Assembly: GCA_038087875.1 (NCBI GenBank) | Contig: JAXLNO010000680.1 | Location: 186,001-250,000, forward strand | Source: Malacoraja senta | Taxonomy: Eukaryota | Reading direction: 5' to 3' | DNA: 64,000 nt | Part shown: piece after piece, positions 24,385-36,510 of the stretch | Layout of the letters: every line of letters begins with the position of its first letter | Numbering within the stretch: the first letter of the stretch is position 1 | The notes under the pieces: model-generated | What the model was told of the DNA's origin: nothing | What the model saw: the letters and a program-made list of their open reading frames with translations, nothing else | The model's database searches: none | Position numbers and translations under genes: made by a program

Positions 24385-26400
24385 GTGGATAAATCGTCAG
24401 GACCTGAAGCGATCCATCCCAGGTTATTGAGAGAGGCAAGAGAGGAGATTGCAGGGGCCTTGACAAAGATCTTTGCATCTTCTCTAACTACAGATGAGGA
24501 CCCAGAGGACTGGAGATGTTGTTCCTCTAAGAAAGAAAGTGGAGAGAATTCAGAGAACGATAAACCAGTGAGCCTCACGTCGGTGGTCGGGAAGCTATTA
24601 TTAGAGTCATAGAGTGATACACCGTGGAAACAGGCCCTTCGGCCCAACTTGTCCACACCAGCCAGCATGTCCCATCTACACTAGTCCCACCTGCCCGTAT
24701 TTGCGCCATGTCCCTCCAAACCTGTCCGATGCATGTAATACTAATACTATTGGAGAGGATTAGTGGGGATAGGATTTACTCCCATTTGGAAGAGAATTAG
24801 GGGCAGTCACCATGGCTTTGTACACGGATTACTAATTGGATCGAGGTTTTTGAGGAGATGACAAGGGTGATTAATGAGGGTAGGGTGATGGATATTGCCG
24901 CATGGATTTTAGTAAAGCATTTGATAAAGTCTCCCCATTGTAGGCTGATCCAGAGGATTAAGATGCACAGGATTAACATAGAAACATAGAAAATAGGTGC
25001 AGGAGGAGGCCATTCGGCCCTTCGAGCCAGCACCGCCATGCATTGTGATCATGGCTGATCGTCCCCAATCAATAACCCGTGCCTGCCTTCTCCCCATATC
25101 CCTTGATTCCACTAGCCCCTAGAGCTCTATCTAACTCTCTTAAATCCATCCAGTAATTTGGCCTCCACTGCCCTCTGTGGCAGGGAATTCCACAAATTCA
25201 CAACTCTCTGGGTGAAAACGGTTTTTCTCACCTCCGTCTTAAATGGCCTACCCTTTATTCTAAGACTGTGGCCCCTGGTTCTGGACTCGCCCAACATTGG
25301 GAACATTTTTCCTGCATCTAGCTTGTCCAGTCCTTTTATAATTTAATATGTTTCTATAAGATCCTGCCCCTCATCCTTCTAAACTCCAGTGAATACAAGC
25401 CTAGTCTTTTCAATCTTTCCTCATATGACAGTCCCGCCATCCCTGGGATCAATCTCGTGAACCTACGCAGCACTGCCTCAATCACAAGGATGTCCTTCCT
25501 CAAATTAGGAGACCAAAACTGTACACAATACTCCAGATGTGGTCTTACCAGAGCCCTATACAACTGCAGAACCTCTCTACTCCTATACTGAAATCCTCTT
25601 GTTATGAAGGGCAACATTCCATTAGCTTTCCTCACTGCCTGCTGTACCTGCACGCCAACTTTCAGTGTACAAGGACACCCAGGTCTCGCTGTACCTCCCC
25701 CTTACCTAACCTAACCCCATTGAGATAATAATCTGCCCCCTTGTTTTTGCCGCCATTTAATGATTTAGTTTTATGGATTCAGAACTGGCTTACTGATAGA
25801 AGACAGAGGGCTGTGGTGGAAGGATAATACTCAGGCTGGAGGTCTGTGACCAGTGGAGTTCCACAGGGACCTGTGCTGGGATCTCTGCTGTTGTTCCTCT
25901 AACAAGGAAATGAATGATTTGGATGCAAAAGTGGACAAGTTGGTTAGTAGGTTTGCAGACGACACCAAGATCGCTGGGTTCACGGACTGTGAGGACGGCT
26001 GTCAAAGTATACAGCGGGATATAGATCAGCGATAGAACCGGCGGGTGGAGTTTAATCCGAACAGGTATGAGGTGTTGTAATTTGGGAGGTTGAATGTGAG
26101 GGGAACATATCCTATTAGTGGCATGACCCTTAACAGCATTAATGTACAAAGGGATCTTGAGGTCCAAGTCCGTAACTCCCAGAAAGTAGAAACACAAGTA
26201 GATAAGAGTGGTAAAGAAGGGGTACAGTTTGCCTTCATAGGTGGGGACATTGAATAAAAGGGTCAGGAAGTCATGATGCAGCTTTAAAGGATTTGGTTAG
26301 GCCGCATTTGGAGTATTCCGTGCAGTTCTAGTCGCCCCATTACATGAAGGGTGCGGAGGCTTTGGAAAGGGTGCAGAGGACATTTACCAGAATGTTAGAC
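24385..26400 (+). mobile_element. Older CR1 LINE RT region with a nested minus-strand CR1 (about 24975-25755)
   Basis: DKSSGPEAIHPRLLRE...PVSLTSVVGKLL and FADDTKI on +; ORF 25354..25653 on -. Confidence 0.75.
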
Positions 26401-26884
26401 ACAAAAGGTTGGAGTAACTAAGCGGGTCAGACAGCATCTCTGGAGAAAAGGAATAGGTGACTTTTCGGGTCGAGACCCTTAGACATAGAGCGGATGTGGA
26501 TAAGAGCGTCTAGGACCAGAGGGCGCAGCCTCAGATTAAAAGGATGTCCCTTTCTAAAGGCGATGAGGAGGAATTTGATTAGCCAGAGGGTGGTGGAATT
26601 CATTGCTACAGACGGCTGTGGAGGCCAAGTCATTGGATATTTTTAAAGCAGAGTTCGATAGGTTCTTGATTAGTAAGGGCGTCAAAGGTTACGGGGAAAA
26701 GGCAGGAGAATGGAAAGATAGAGAGGGAAAAACATATCAACCATTATCGAATGGGCTCAACGGGCCGAATGGCCAAATTCTGCTCCTATGTCTTATGGTC
26801 TTATTCTTCCCATGTCCTTGGTGCTTGGGAGCGGATTGAACTAGATCAAAGTCTGGAGTTTATAAATTAGTTAGTTTGGAATTT

Positions 26885-27500
26885 GAGAGTCAAGAAGGCA
26901 CAACAGAGAATGTACTTCCCACAGAAGCTGAGGAAGCACAATCTGCCACAGGTAATGATGGTCCAATTCTATACAACCATCGTAGAGTCTGTTCTCACCT
27001 TCTCAATCATGGTCTGGTTTGGCTCAGCCACCAAGCACGACACCTGGAGGCTGCAGCAAATCGTCCGATCAGCAGAGAAGATTATTGGCTGCAACCTTCC
27101 CTCCATTGACGAACTGTACACTGCAAGGGCCAGGAAGCGAGCGGGCAAGATCATCTCTGACCCCTCTCACCCTGGCCACAAACTCTTTGAATCACTTCCC
27201 TCTGGAAGGCGACTCCGGACTGTCAAAGCTGCCACAGCCAGACATAAAAAGTCTTTATCCACGAGTAGTAGCTCTACTCAACAGCCAAAAATCTGTAGCC
27301 TCCCTTTGAATTGGTATTTTGTTGGTTCACATGCTTGATCTATGGTGTTTTATCATTAATGTTTTATTATCATTAATGTTCAGTGTTTTCTGAGTCATTC
27401 ACTAAACTCTGATGTCACTGTATGTCATGTTGTTACTTGTGGGTGGAGCACCAAGGCAAATTCCTTGTATGTGAGTACTTGGCCAATAAACGTACTTACT
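26885..27500 (+). mobile_element. Rex-Babar-type LINE 3' end
   Basis: KKAQQRMYF...FYTTIVESVLTFSIMVWFG...DPSHPGHKLFESLPSGRRLR; ends aataaa...(ACTT)n. Confidence 0.8.
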
Positions 27501-28827
27501 TATGCTCCGTTAATTAGGGCCTCAATGTTCAACATCACGTCCCATTCCATGAAGTAGTTCCCTGATTAGAGTCAAACACGAGCCTTGGTTTTGAAAGATA
27601 GATTGTAACTCACTAGAGGACTTGAGCTCCTGTGGTTTTTAAGGCTGAAGGGTTGCACGGTGGCGCAGCGGTAGAGTTACTGCCTCACAGCGCCAGAGAC
27701 CCCGGGTTCGATCCTGACCACGGGTGCTGTCTGCACGGAGTTTGTACGTTCTTCCCGTGACCTGCGTGGGTTTTCTCCATGTTTCCTTACCCACCCCAAA
27801 GATGTGTAGGTCTGTAGGTTTATTAGCTTCAGGAAACAATTGTAAATTGTCCCTAGTGTGTAGGATAATGCTGGAGCATGGGGGTGTTTAAGAAAGAACT
27901 GCAGATGCTGGAAAAATCGAAGGTAGACAAAAATGCTGGAGAAACTCAGGTCGAGACCCTAAACATCACCTATTCCTTCGCTCCACAGATGCTGCCTCAC
28001 CCGCTGAGTTTCTTCAGCATTTTTGTCTACCTGGTGTATGGGGTGATCGCTGGTCGGCATGGACACTGTGGGCCAAAGGGCCCGTGTCCTCTCTATCTCT
28101 AAAGTCTGGGCCTGTACTCGCTGGAGTTTAGAAGAATGACGGGAGACCCCATTGAAACTTACCGAATAGTGAAAGACCTGGATAGAGTGGATACGGTGAG
28201 GAATAATGTTTTGTGCAAAGTAAAGCCTGCAAAGTCCGATCAAGGATAGTCCGATGGTCCCCAATGAGGTAGATAGTAGTTCAGGACTGCTCTCTGGTTG
28301 TGGTAGGATGGTTCAGTTGCCTGATAACAGCTGGGAAGAAACTGTCCCTGAATCTGGAGTGTGCATTTTCACCTTTTGCCTGATGGGAGAGAGAAGAGGA
28401 GTGGCCAGGGTGCGACTCGTTCTTGATTATCATGTATCTGTACAATGTGGATGGCTCGATTGTAATCATGTAATGTCTTTCCGCTGACTGGTTAGCGTGC
28501 AACAAAAGCCTTCACTGTACCTCGGTACACGTGACAATAAACTAAACTGGATGTTTACACTAATAGGAGAGTCTAGGACCAGAGGGCACAGCCTCAGAAT
28601 AAAAGAATGTACCCTTTAGAAAGGAGACGAGGAGAAATTTCCCAATGGACAACTCCCAATGGTGTCAGACTTGACTTACGGGGTTTATGGTCACTCCTCC
28701 TGGTTGAAAGATTAGTTTGCAAAGTTTCGTACATACCCTGACACTTTGGACCCTCAGTTAATTAGAGGCCAATTTTAGATTAGTTTTTAATTTAGAGAAA
28801 CAGCATGGAAATGGGCACTTCAGTAGG

Positions 28828-29010
28828 CCCCGGGCTGTGTCAGGGCTCACTGGGCCGCAGGCTCGGTCAGGGGTCGATCAGGCCCCAGGCTGGGTCAGGG
28901 GTCACTGGGCCGCAGGCTCGGTAAGGGGTCACTGGGCCCGGGCTGGGTAAGGAGTCACTGGGCCCGGGCTGGGTCAGGGGTCACTGGACCCCGGGCTGGG
29001 TCAGGGCTCC
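28828..29010. repeat. GC-rich minisatellite, ~27-30 bp unit GGGCTGGGTCAGGGGTCACTGGGCCC
   Basis: About 6 degenerate copies. Confidence 0.8.
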
Positions 29011-30065
29011 AGTGAGGAAGGAGTGCAGTGACCCGAGCCTGAGCACTGTAAACATTAGCGTATGGCTGCCGTTGGTTCCAAGATGGCTCCCAGCCCAGGT
29101 GACTAGTTACATGGTAGCCACAGAAGAGGATCTACAATCACGCATTACAATTGCTCCGCTCTTTGAAATCTCCACTCCTACAGCAACATTTCTTACTTTA
29201 CGCTCAGACTAATCTTTGATCTGACTTTACCTTGCACTCAACGTTATTCACTTATCCTGTACACTCTGGATCATGTATTGTCTTTCCGCTGACTGGTTAG
29301 CACGCACAAAAGCTACTTCGGTGCACGTGACAATAAACTAAACTGAACTGAACTTCTCTGGAGAGAAGGAATAGGTGACATTTCAGGTCGAGAGCCTTCT
29401 TCAGTAACTCAGCGGGACAGAGGGACAAAAGAATCATCTACTTCTTTTGTCCCTCGGACTATCCTCTGGTGAGAAGGAATGGGCTTTGTCTCATGTAACA
29501 ATAAGCTAAACTCAAAGAAAATGCCTCAGACTTCAGAACCTGCTGCTCACAGTAATCCTTTTAATATTTAACACAGGCAATAATAGACATAATTACATTT
29601 TATTTTAAAACTTTATACAAATCCAGTTTCAATACCAGATATTACAACAAAGCTGATATTTACTTTATATGTAGGCAATTAAACAACTAACTTAAGGTCC
29701 ATTTCTGTTCGTCTTACAACCTTACTTTGTTGGGTTCCAAATAGGCACTACTTAATGTGTAGGAAGGAACCGCAGATGCCGGTTTACACCGAGGATAGAT
29801 ACAAAATGCTGGAGTAACTCAGCAGGACAGGCAGCGCCCTCAGCTGCCTGCATCAGCCATGATCACATTGAACAGCGGTGCTGGCTCTAAGGGCCGAATG
29901 GCCTACTCCTGCACCTGTTGTCTATTGTCTTTCAGCTGGGACAATTTCTTCCCAGCTGTTATCAGACCACTGAATCATCCTACCATAACCAGAGAGCAAT
30001 GCTGAACTATCTACCTCTTTTGTCACTCGGACTATCCTTGACCAGACTTTGCTGGCTTTACTTGC

Positions 30066-30815
30066 AATAGACAATAGGTGCAGGAGTAGGCCATTTGGCC
30101 CTTCGAGCCAGCACCGCCATTCAATGTGATCATGGCTGATCATCCCCAATCAGTACCCCGTTCCTGCCTTCTCCCCATATCCCCTGACTCCGCTATTTTT
30201 AAGAGCCCTATCTAGCTCTCTCTTGAAAGTATCCAGAGAACCTGCCTCCACCGCCCTCTGAGGCAGAGAATTCCACAGACTCTCCACTCTCTGTGAGAAA
30301 AAGTGTTTTCCTCATCTCCGTTCTAAATGGCTTACTCCTTATTCTTAAACTGTGGCTCCTGGTTTTGGACTCCCCCAACATTGGGAACATGTTTCCTGCC
30401 TCTAGCGTGTCCAAACCCTTAACAATCTTATTTGTTTCAATGAGATTCCCGCTCATCCTTCTAAACTCCAGGGTGTACAAGCCCAGCTTCTCCATTCTCT
30501 CAGCATATGACAGTCCCGCCATCCCGGGAATTAACCTTGTGAACCTACGCTGCACTCCCTCAATAGCAAGAATGTCGTTCCTCATGTTTGGAGACCAAAA
30601 CTACACACAATACTCCAGGTGTGGTCTCACTAGGGCTCTGTACAACTGCAGAAAGACCTCTTTGCTCCTATATTCGATTCCTCTTGTTATAAAGGCCATC
30701 ATGCCATTCGCTTTCTTCACTGCCTGCTGTACCTGCATGCTTACTTTCATGGACTGATGTACAAGGACCCCCAGATCCCGTTGTACTTCCCCTTTTCCCA
30801 ACTGACGCCATTTAG
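30066..30815 (-). mobile_element. CR1-clade LINE 3' end
   Basis: ORFs 30208..30585 and 30601..30954. Confidence 0.88.
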
Positions 30816-31617
30816 ATAGGTCTCGATCCGAAACGTCACCCATACCTTCTCTCAGAGATGCTGCCTGTCCCGCTGACTTACTCCAGCATTTTGCATCTAT
30901 CTTTGACACTTGCCCTGCGCTTGCTCTGTTAGTTTCCACACATAATACACACACAAAACCTGGATACTAGGAATGAAGAGGCAAACAAACGTTTGACATA
31001 GGAAGGGACGAACAGCGGAAGAGAAAACTGAGCAGAGGAACAACAAGGGCCAGGAGTGGACAAACTATTACAAACTTCATCAAAAGTCAGCAAAGTAATT
31101 AACCGTGCGGATTGCACACGGGGCCACAGACTGGGAGTTTAGTTTAGTTCAGAGATACAGCGCAGAAACAGGCCCCATCGGCCCACCGTGTCCACTACTT
31201 AATGGTCATGAATGTCACAGGATGAAGATCGGAAACGCAACTCGCAGCCACGGGCTGGGGTTGTACGGGGACCACTAACAAGGCTACAGGTTGTTGATCA
31301 GTGACCCAGGCAAATGGAGGCCCAAGAGGCAGAGACTGCTGAAGCCCACGGCAAAACACAACGAGCTGGAGGAACGCCACTACCACTGCGGCAACAGTGG
31401 CACACACATTCCTGTCACTGGAGATAGTGTCACACAGGGGTGGTGGCACACACGACTGTCACTGTGGCAATAGTGTCACACGTGGACAGTGGCTCACTGG
31501 CAATAGTGTCACATGGGGATAGTGTGCGCACACACACTATCACTGTGACAACAGTGTCACGGGCATAGTGAACAAACCACTGTCACTGACACTAGCGTCA
31601 CAAGTGGATAGTGGATA

Positions 31618-32300
31618 ATAGACAATAGGTGCAGGAGTAGGCCATTCAGCCCTTCGAGCCATTCACTGTGATCATGGCTGATCATCCACAATCAGTACCC
31701 CGTTCCTGCCTTCTCCCCATATCCCTTCACTCAGCTATCTTTAACTTGAAAGGATCCAGTGAATTGGCCTCCACTGCCTTCTGAGGCAAGAAATTCCACA
31801 GATTCACAACTTTCTGTGTGAAAACGTTTTTTCTCATCTCCATTCTAAATGGCTTACCCCTTATTCTTAAACTGTGGCCCCAGGTTATGGACTCCCCCAA
31901 CATCGGGAACATGTTTCCTGAGGATATCTTATTGAAACATATAAGATTATTAAGGGATTCGACACGCTAGTGTCGAATCCCTTAATAATCTTATATGTTT
32001 CAATAAGATATCCTCTCATCCTTCTACATTCCAGTGTATACAAGCCCAGCTGTTCCGTTCTCTCAGCATATGACAGTCCCGCCATCCCGGGAATTAACCT
32101 TGTAAACCTACGCTGCACTCCCTCAATAGCAAGAATGTCCTTCCTCAAATTAGGGGACCAAAACTGCACACAATACTCCAGGTTTGGTCTCACTAGGGCC
32201 CTGTACAACTGCAGAAGGACCTCTTTGCTCCTATACTCAACTCCTCTTGTTATGAAGGCCATCATGCTATTAGGTTTGTTCACTGCCTGCTGTACCTGCA
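31618..32300 (-). mobile_element. CR1-clade LINE 3' end with an internal fold-back
   Basis: ORFs 31885..32427 and 31727..31912. Confidence 0.88.
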
Positions 32301-32889
32301 GATACACACTTGTGTCACTGGCAATAGTGTCACACAGGGAAAGTTGGTACACACTACTGTCTGTGTCAATCATGTCACATGGGGATAGTTGGTACACACT
32401 ACTGTGTGACAATCGTGTGACAGGCATGATGGACAGACGCTACTGCCACTGTGATATCATCACAATGAGGATGGAGGCTCTCTTGTCCCTGTGACAGGTG
32501 TGTGTGTCCACGTGGGGGATAGTGAGAACACTATTGTCACTGCAGCAACCACATTACACGATAGTGATCATACACTATTGTCCCTGTGACAGTAGCGTGT
32601 GTGTGTGTTTCATGTGGGGATAGTGAACCGACACTATTGACCCTGTGGTATTAGTGTGTGTAACTTGGAGATAGTGAACAAGCACTATTGGCCCTGTGAC
32701 AATAGTGTGTGTGTGTGTGTGTCATGTGGGGATACTGAACACAGTATTGTCACTGCGGCAACAGCATTACACAATAGTGAACAGACACTATTGTCCCTGT
32801 GACAGTAGTATGTGTGTGTCACGTAACGATAGTGAACAGACACTACTGTCCCTGCGGCAAGTGTTACACAATAGTGAACATGCACTTGT

Positions 32890-33091
32890 GTTAAAGAAGG
32901 AACTGCAGATGCTGGAAAATCGAAGGTACACAAAAATGCTGGAGGAACTCAGCGGGTGCAGCAGCATCTATGGAGCGAAGGAAATAGGCAACGTTTCGGG
33001 CCTGAAGGGTTTCGGCCCGAAACGTTGCCTATCTCCTTCGCTCCATAGATGCTTCTGCACCCGCTGAGTTTCTCCAGCATTTTTGTGTACC
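32890..33091. mobile_element. Palindromic (inverted) Penelope terminal-repeat derivative
   Basis: Arms 32925-33002 and 33014-33091 are reverse complements with about 3 mismatches. Confidence 0.8.
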
Positions 33092-33224
33092 AGTGAACAT
33101 ACACTGTTGTCCCTGTGACAGTAGTATGTGTGTGTGTCACATAAGGATAGTGAATAGACACTACTGTCCCTGTGACAACAATGTTACACAAGAACAGTGA
33201 ACCAACACTATTGTCCCTGTGATA

Positions 33225-33662
33225 GTATCAGTATCAGAATCAGAATGCTTTATTGTCATTGCATGTGTCACATACAACGAGATTACTGTGTCACTCCATT
33301 TAAAAGAACTTCAAACATTCATACTCATACTTTTTACACTCCCTCCCTCCCCAAACCCACCCATGGATTCACATTTACATAAATTAACACTGTCTCCCAC
33401 CCCCCCTCCTTCCCCATAACCCCGCTCCAGAGACAGAGTTCAGTTCCAAGATTGATGATGGGTAAAAGCTGTTCTTGAGTCTGGCAGTGCGTGACTTTAG
33501 CGACCTGTACCTTTTTCCTGAGGGCAGCAGTGTGAAAAGGTGGTGGCAAGGATGTGTAATGTCTTTCACGATATTACAGGTCCTGCTGCGGCATCTGGAG
33601 TGGTAAATGTCCTCCAGAGGGGGCAGGGGGAGTCCAATGATACCCTGGGCAGTTTTTTTTAT
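33225..33662 (-). mobile_element. Rex-Babar-type LINE 3' end
   Basis: KTAQGIIGLPLPPLEDIY...HPCHHLFTLLPSGKRYRS...RLKNSFYP; (ATTCTG)n-like tail. Confidence 0.78.
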
Positions 33663-34407
33663 CAATAGTAGTGTGTCACATGAGGATTGCGAAGGCACTA
33701 CTGTCACCATGGCAATAGTGTTACACAATGGTAAACACACTATTGTCCCTGTGACAGTAGTGTGTGTGTGTGTGTGTTTCATGTGGGGATAGTGAACCGA
33801 CACTATTGACCCTGTGGTATTAGTGTGTGTAACTTGGAGATAGTGAACAAGCGCTATTGTCCCTGTGGTATTAGTGTGTGTAACTTGGATAGTGAACAAG
33901 CACTATTGTCCCTGTGGTATTAGTGTGTGTAACTTGGAGATTGTGAACAAGCACCATTGTCCCTGTGACAGTAGTGTGTGTAACTTGGAGATAGTGAACA
34001 AGCACTATTGGCCCTGTGGTATTAGTGTGTGTAACTTGGAGATAGTGAACACACTATTGGCCCTGTGACAGTAGTGTGTGTAACTTGGAGATAGTGAACA
34101 CACTATTGGCCCTGTGACAGTAGTGTGTGTAACTTGGAGATAGTGAACAAGCACTATTGTCCCTGTGGTATTAGTGTGTGTAACTTGGAGATTGTGAACA
34201 CACTATTGGCCCTGTGACAGTAGTAGTGTGTGTAACTTGGAGATAGTGAACACACTATTGGCCCTGTGACAGTAGTGTGTGTGTGTCACGTGGGGATAGT
34301 GAACAGACACTGTTGTCACGGCAGCAAGTGTTACACAGCAGTGAACATACACTGTAGTCCCGGTGACATCGGGAAAGTGAACAGGCACTTCTGTCATATA
34401 ATCTTTA

Positions 34408-34613
34408 AGGAGGAACTGCAGATGCTGGATAAAATCGAAGGTAGACACAAAATGCTGGAGAAACTCAGCCGGACAGGCATCGTCTATGGAGAGAAGGAAT
34501 TGGCGACGTTTTGGGTTCAGACTGAAGAAGGGTCTCAACCCGAAACGTCGCCAATTCCTTCTCTCCATAGATGCTGCCTCAGCCACTGAGTTTCTCCAGC
34601 ATTTTGTGTCTAC
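34408..34613. mobile_element. Palindromic Penelope terminal-repeat derivative with an intact hammerhead core
   Basis: Arms at about 34441-34517 and 34537-34613; CTGAAGA at 34522, GAAACGTC at 34542. Confidence 0.8.
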
Positions 34614-34844
34614 TGTCATCTAACGGTTCCACGGGCATGGCGAGCCAGCCTTACTGACGAGGGTAGTGCTGCTGCCGTCTACACTGGTTCTTGGGTTGAG
34701 AGAGGAGGTGCTGTCTGCGTTGCTGGGGCATTTCAAGGGGCACGTAAGCTGCCCTGACTGCCGAGATGACACAGACCAGGATGGGGAAAGCCTTTCAGAG
34801 ACCCTTCCTAGAAGAATGAGCGCGCCAGTGTGTTGTAGAGTCAT

Positions 34845-35215
34845 GCAGCACCCAAACAGGCCCTTGGGCCCATCGAGTCCATGCCATCAAACACCCAGCT
34901 ACGTTAACCCCATAATATTTAGTTTAGAGATACAGCACGCAAACAGGCCCTTGGGCCCATCGAGTCCATGCCATCAAACACCCAGCTACGTTAACCCCAT
35001 TATATTTAGTTTAGAGATACAGCACGCAAACAGGCCCTTGGGCCCATCGAGTCCATGCCATCAAACACCCAGCTACGTTAACCCCATTATATTTAGTTTA
35101 GAGATACAGCACGGAAACAGGCCCTTGGGCCCATCGAGTCCATGCCATCAAACACCCAGCTACATTAACCCCATTATATTTAGTTTAGAGATACAGCGCG
35201 GAAACAGGCCCTTCG
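34845..35215. repeat. Tandem 87-bp repeat (about 4 copies) built from a SINE tail
   Basis: Units at 34861, 34948, 35035 and 35122; 29-aa repeat in ORF 34666..35307. Confidence 0.9.
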
Positions 35216-35977
35216 GCCCACCGAGGCCATGCCGACCAGCGATCCCCGCACCTCAACGCCGTCCTACACACAGTAGGGACAATTTACATTTATACCAAGT
35301 GAGTTAACCTACAAACCTGTGGGTCTTTGGAGTGTGGGAGGAAACTGGAGCACCCAGGGAAAACCCACGCAGGTCACGGGGAGAACGGGCAAATTCCGTA
35401 CAGTCAGCGCCCATAGTCGGGATTGAACCCGGGTCTCTGGCGCTGCGAGGCTGCAACTCTACCGCTGCGCCGCCGTGCAGCCCTGCACCGTGGGGTAGAG
35501 TCATGAAGCACGGAAACAGGCCCTTCAGCCCCTCGAGTCTATGCCATCAAACAGCCAGTTACATTAACCCCATTTTAATCTCCCCACATTCCCAATGACT
35601 CCCGCTAGATTCTCCCCCTCACCCACACACCAGGGGGCAATTCACAGCGACCAAATAGCCTACAAGCCCACACCTCTTGGGGACGAGGGAGGAAACGGGA
35701 GCACCCAGAGTTAAACCCACTCGGTCACAGGGAGAACGTACAAACTCCACACACACACAGACAACACCAGAGATTAGGATGAAAGCTGTGTCTCTGACGC
35801 TGTGAGGTAACAGCTCTACCCTCTGCACTACTCCTCTGATGTGGAGAGGTATTTCTTTCGTCAGAGGGTGGTGAATCTGTGGAATTCATTGCCGCAGCAG
35901 GCTGTGGAGGCCAAGTCAGTGGGCATTTTGAATTTAAGGCAGAGATCAGATAGATTCTTGATTAGCCCGGGTGTCAT

Positions 35978-36510
35978 CAAATCTGAGGAAAGACATTCTT
36001 GCCATAGAGGGAGTACAGAGAAGGTTCACCAGACTGATTCCTGGGATGGCAGGACTTTCATATGAAGAAAGACTGGATAGACTCGGCTTGTACTCGCTAG
36101 AATTTAGAAGATTGAGGGGGGATCTTATAGAAACTTACAAAATTCTTAAGGGGTTGGACAGGCTAGATGCAGGAAGATTGATCCCGATGTTGGGGAAGTC
36201 CAGGACAAGGGGTCACAGTTTAAGGATTAAGGGGAAATCTTTTAGGACCGAGATGAGAAAAACATTTTTCACACAGAGAGTGGTGAATCTCTGGAACTCT
36301 CTGCCACAGAAGGTAGTTGAGGCCAGTCCATTGGCTATATTTAAGAGGGAGTTAGATGTGGCCCTTGTGACTAAAGGGATCAGGGGGTATGGAGAGAAGG
36401 CAGGTACAGGATACTGAGTTGGATGATCAGCCATGATCATATTGAATGGCGGTGCAGGCTCGAAGGGCCGAATGGTCTACTCCTGCACCTATTTTCTATG
36501 TTTCTATGTC
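35978..36510 (+). mobile_element. CR1-clade LINE 3' end nested in another CR1 tail (35840-36630)
   Basis: ORF 35971..36417. Confidence 0.88.

Larger units (their letters stand above)
31380..34390. repeat. Degenerate ~50-bp minisatellite (GATAGTGAACAAGCACTATTGTCCCTGTG...GTGTGT) interrupted by transposon insertions
   Basis: Homogeneous core at 33780-34280; degenerate copies at 31380-31615 and 32300-33220. Confidence 0.8.
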
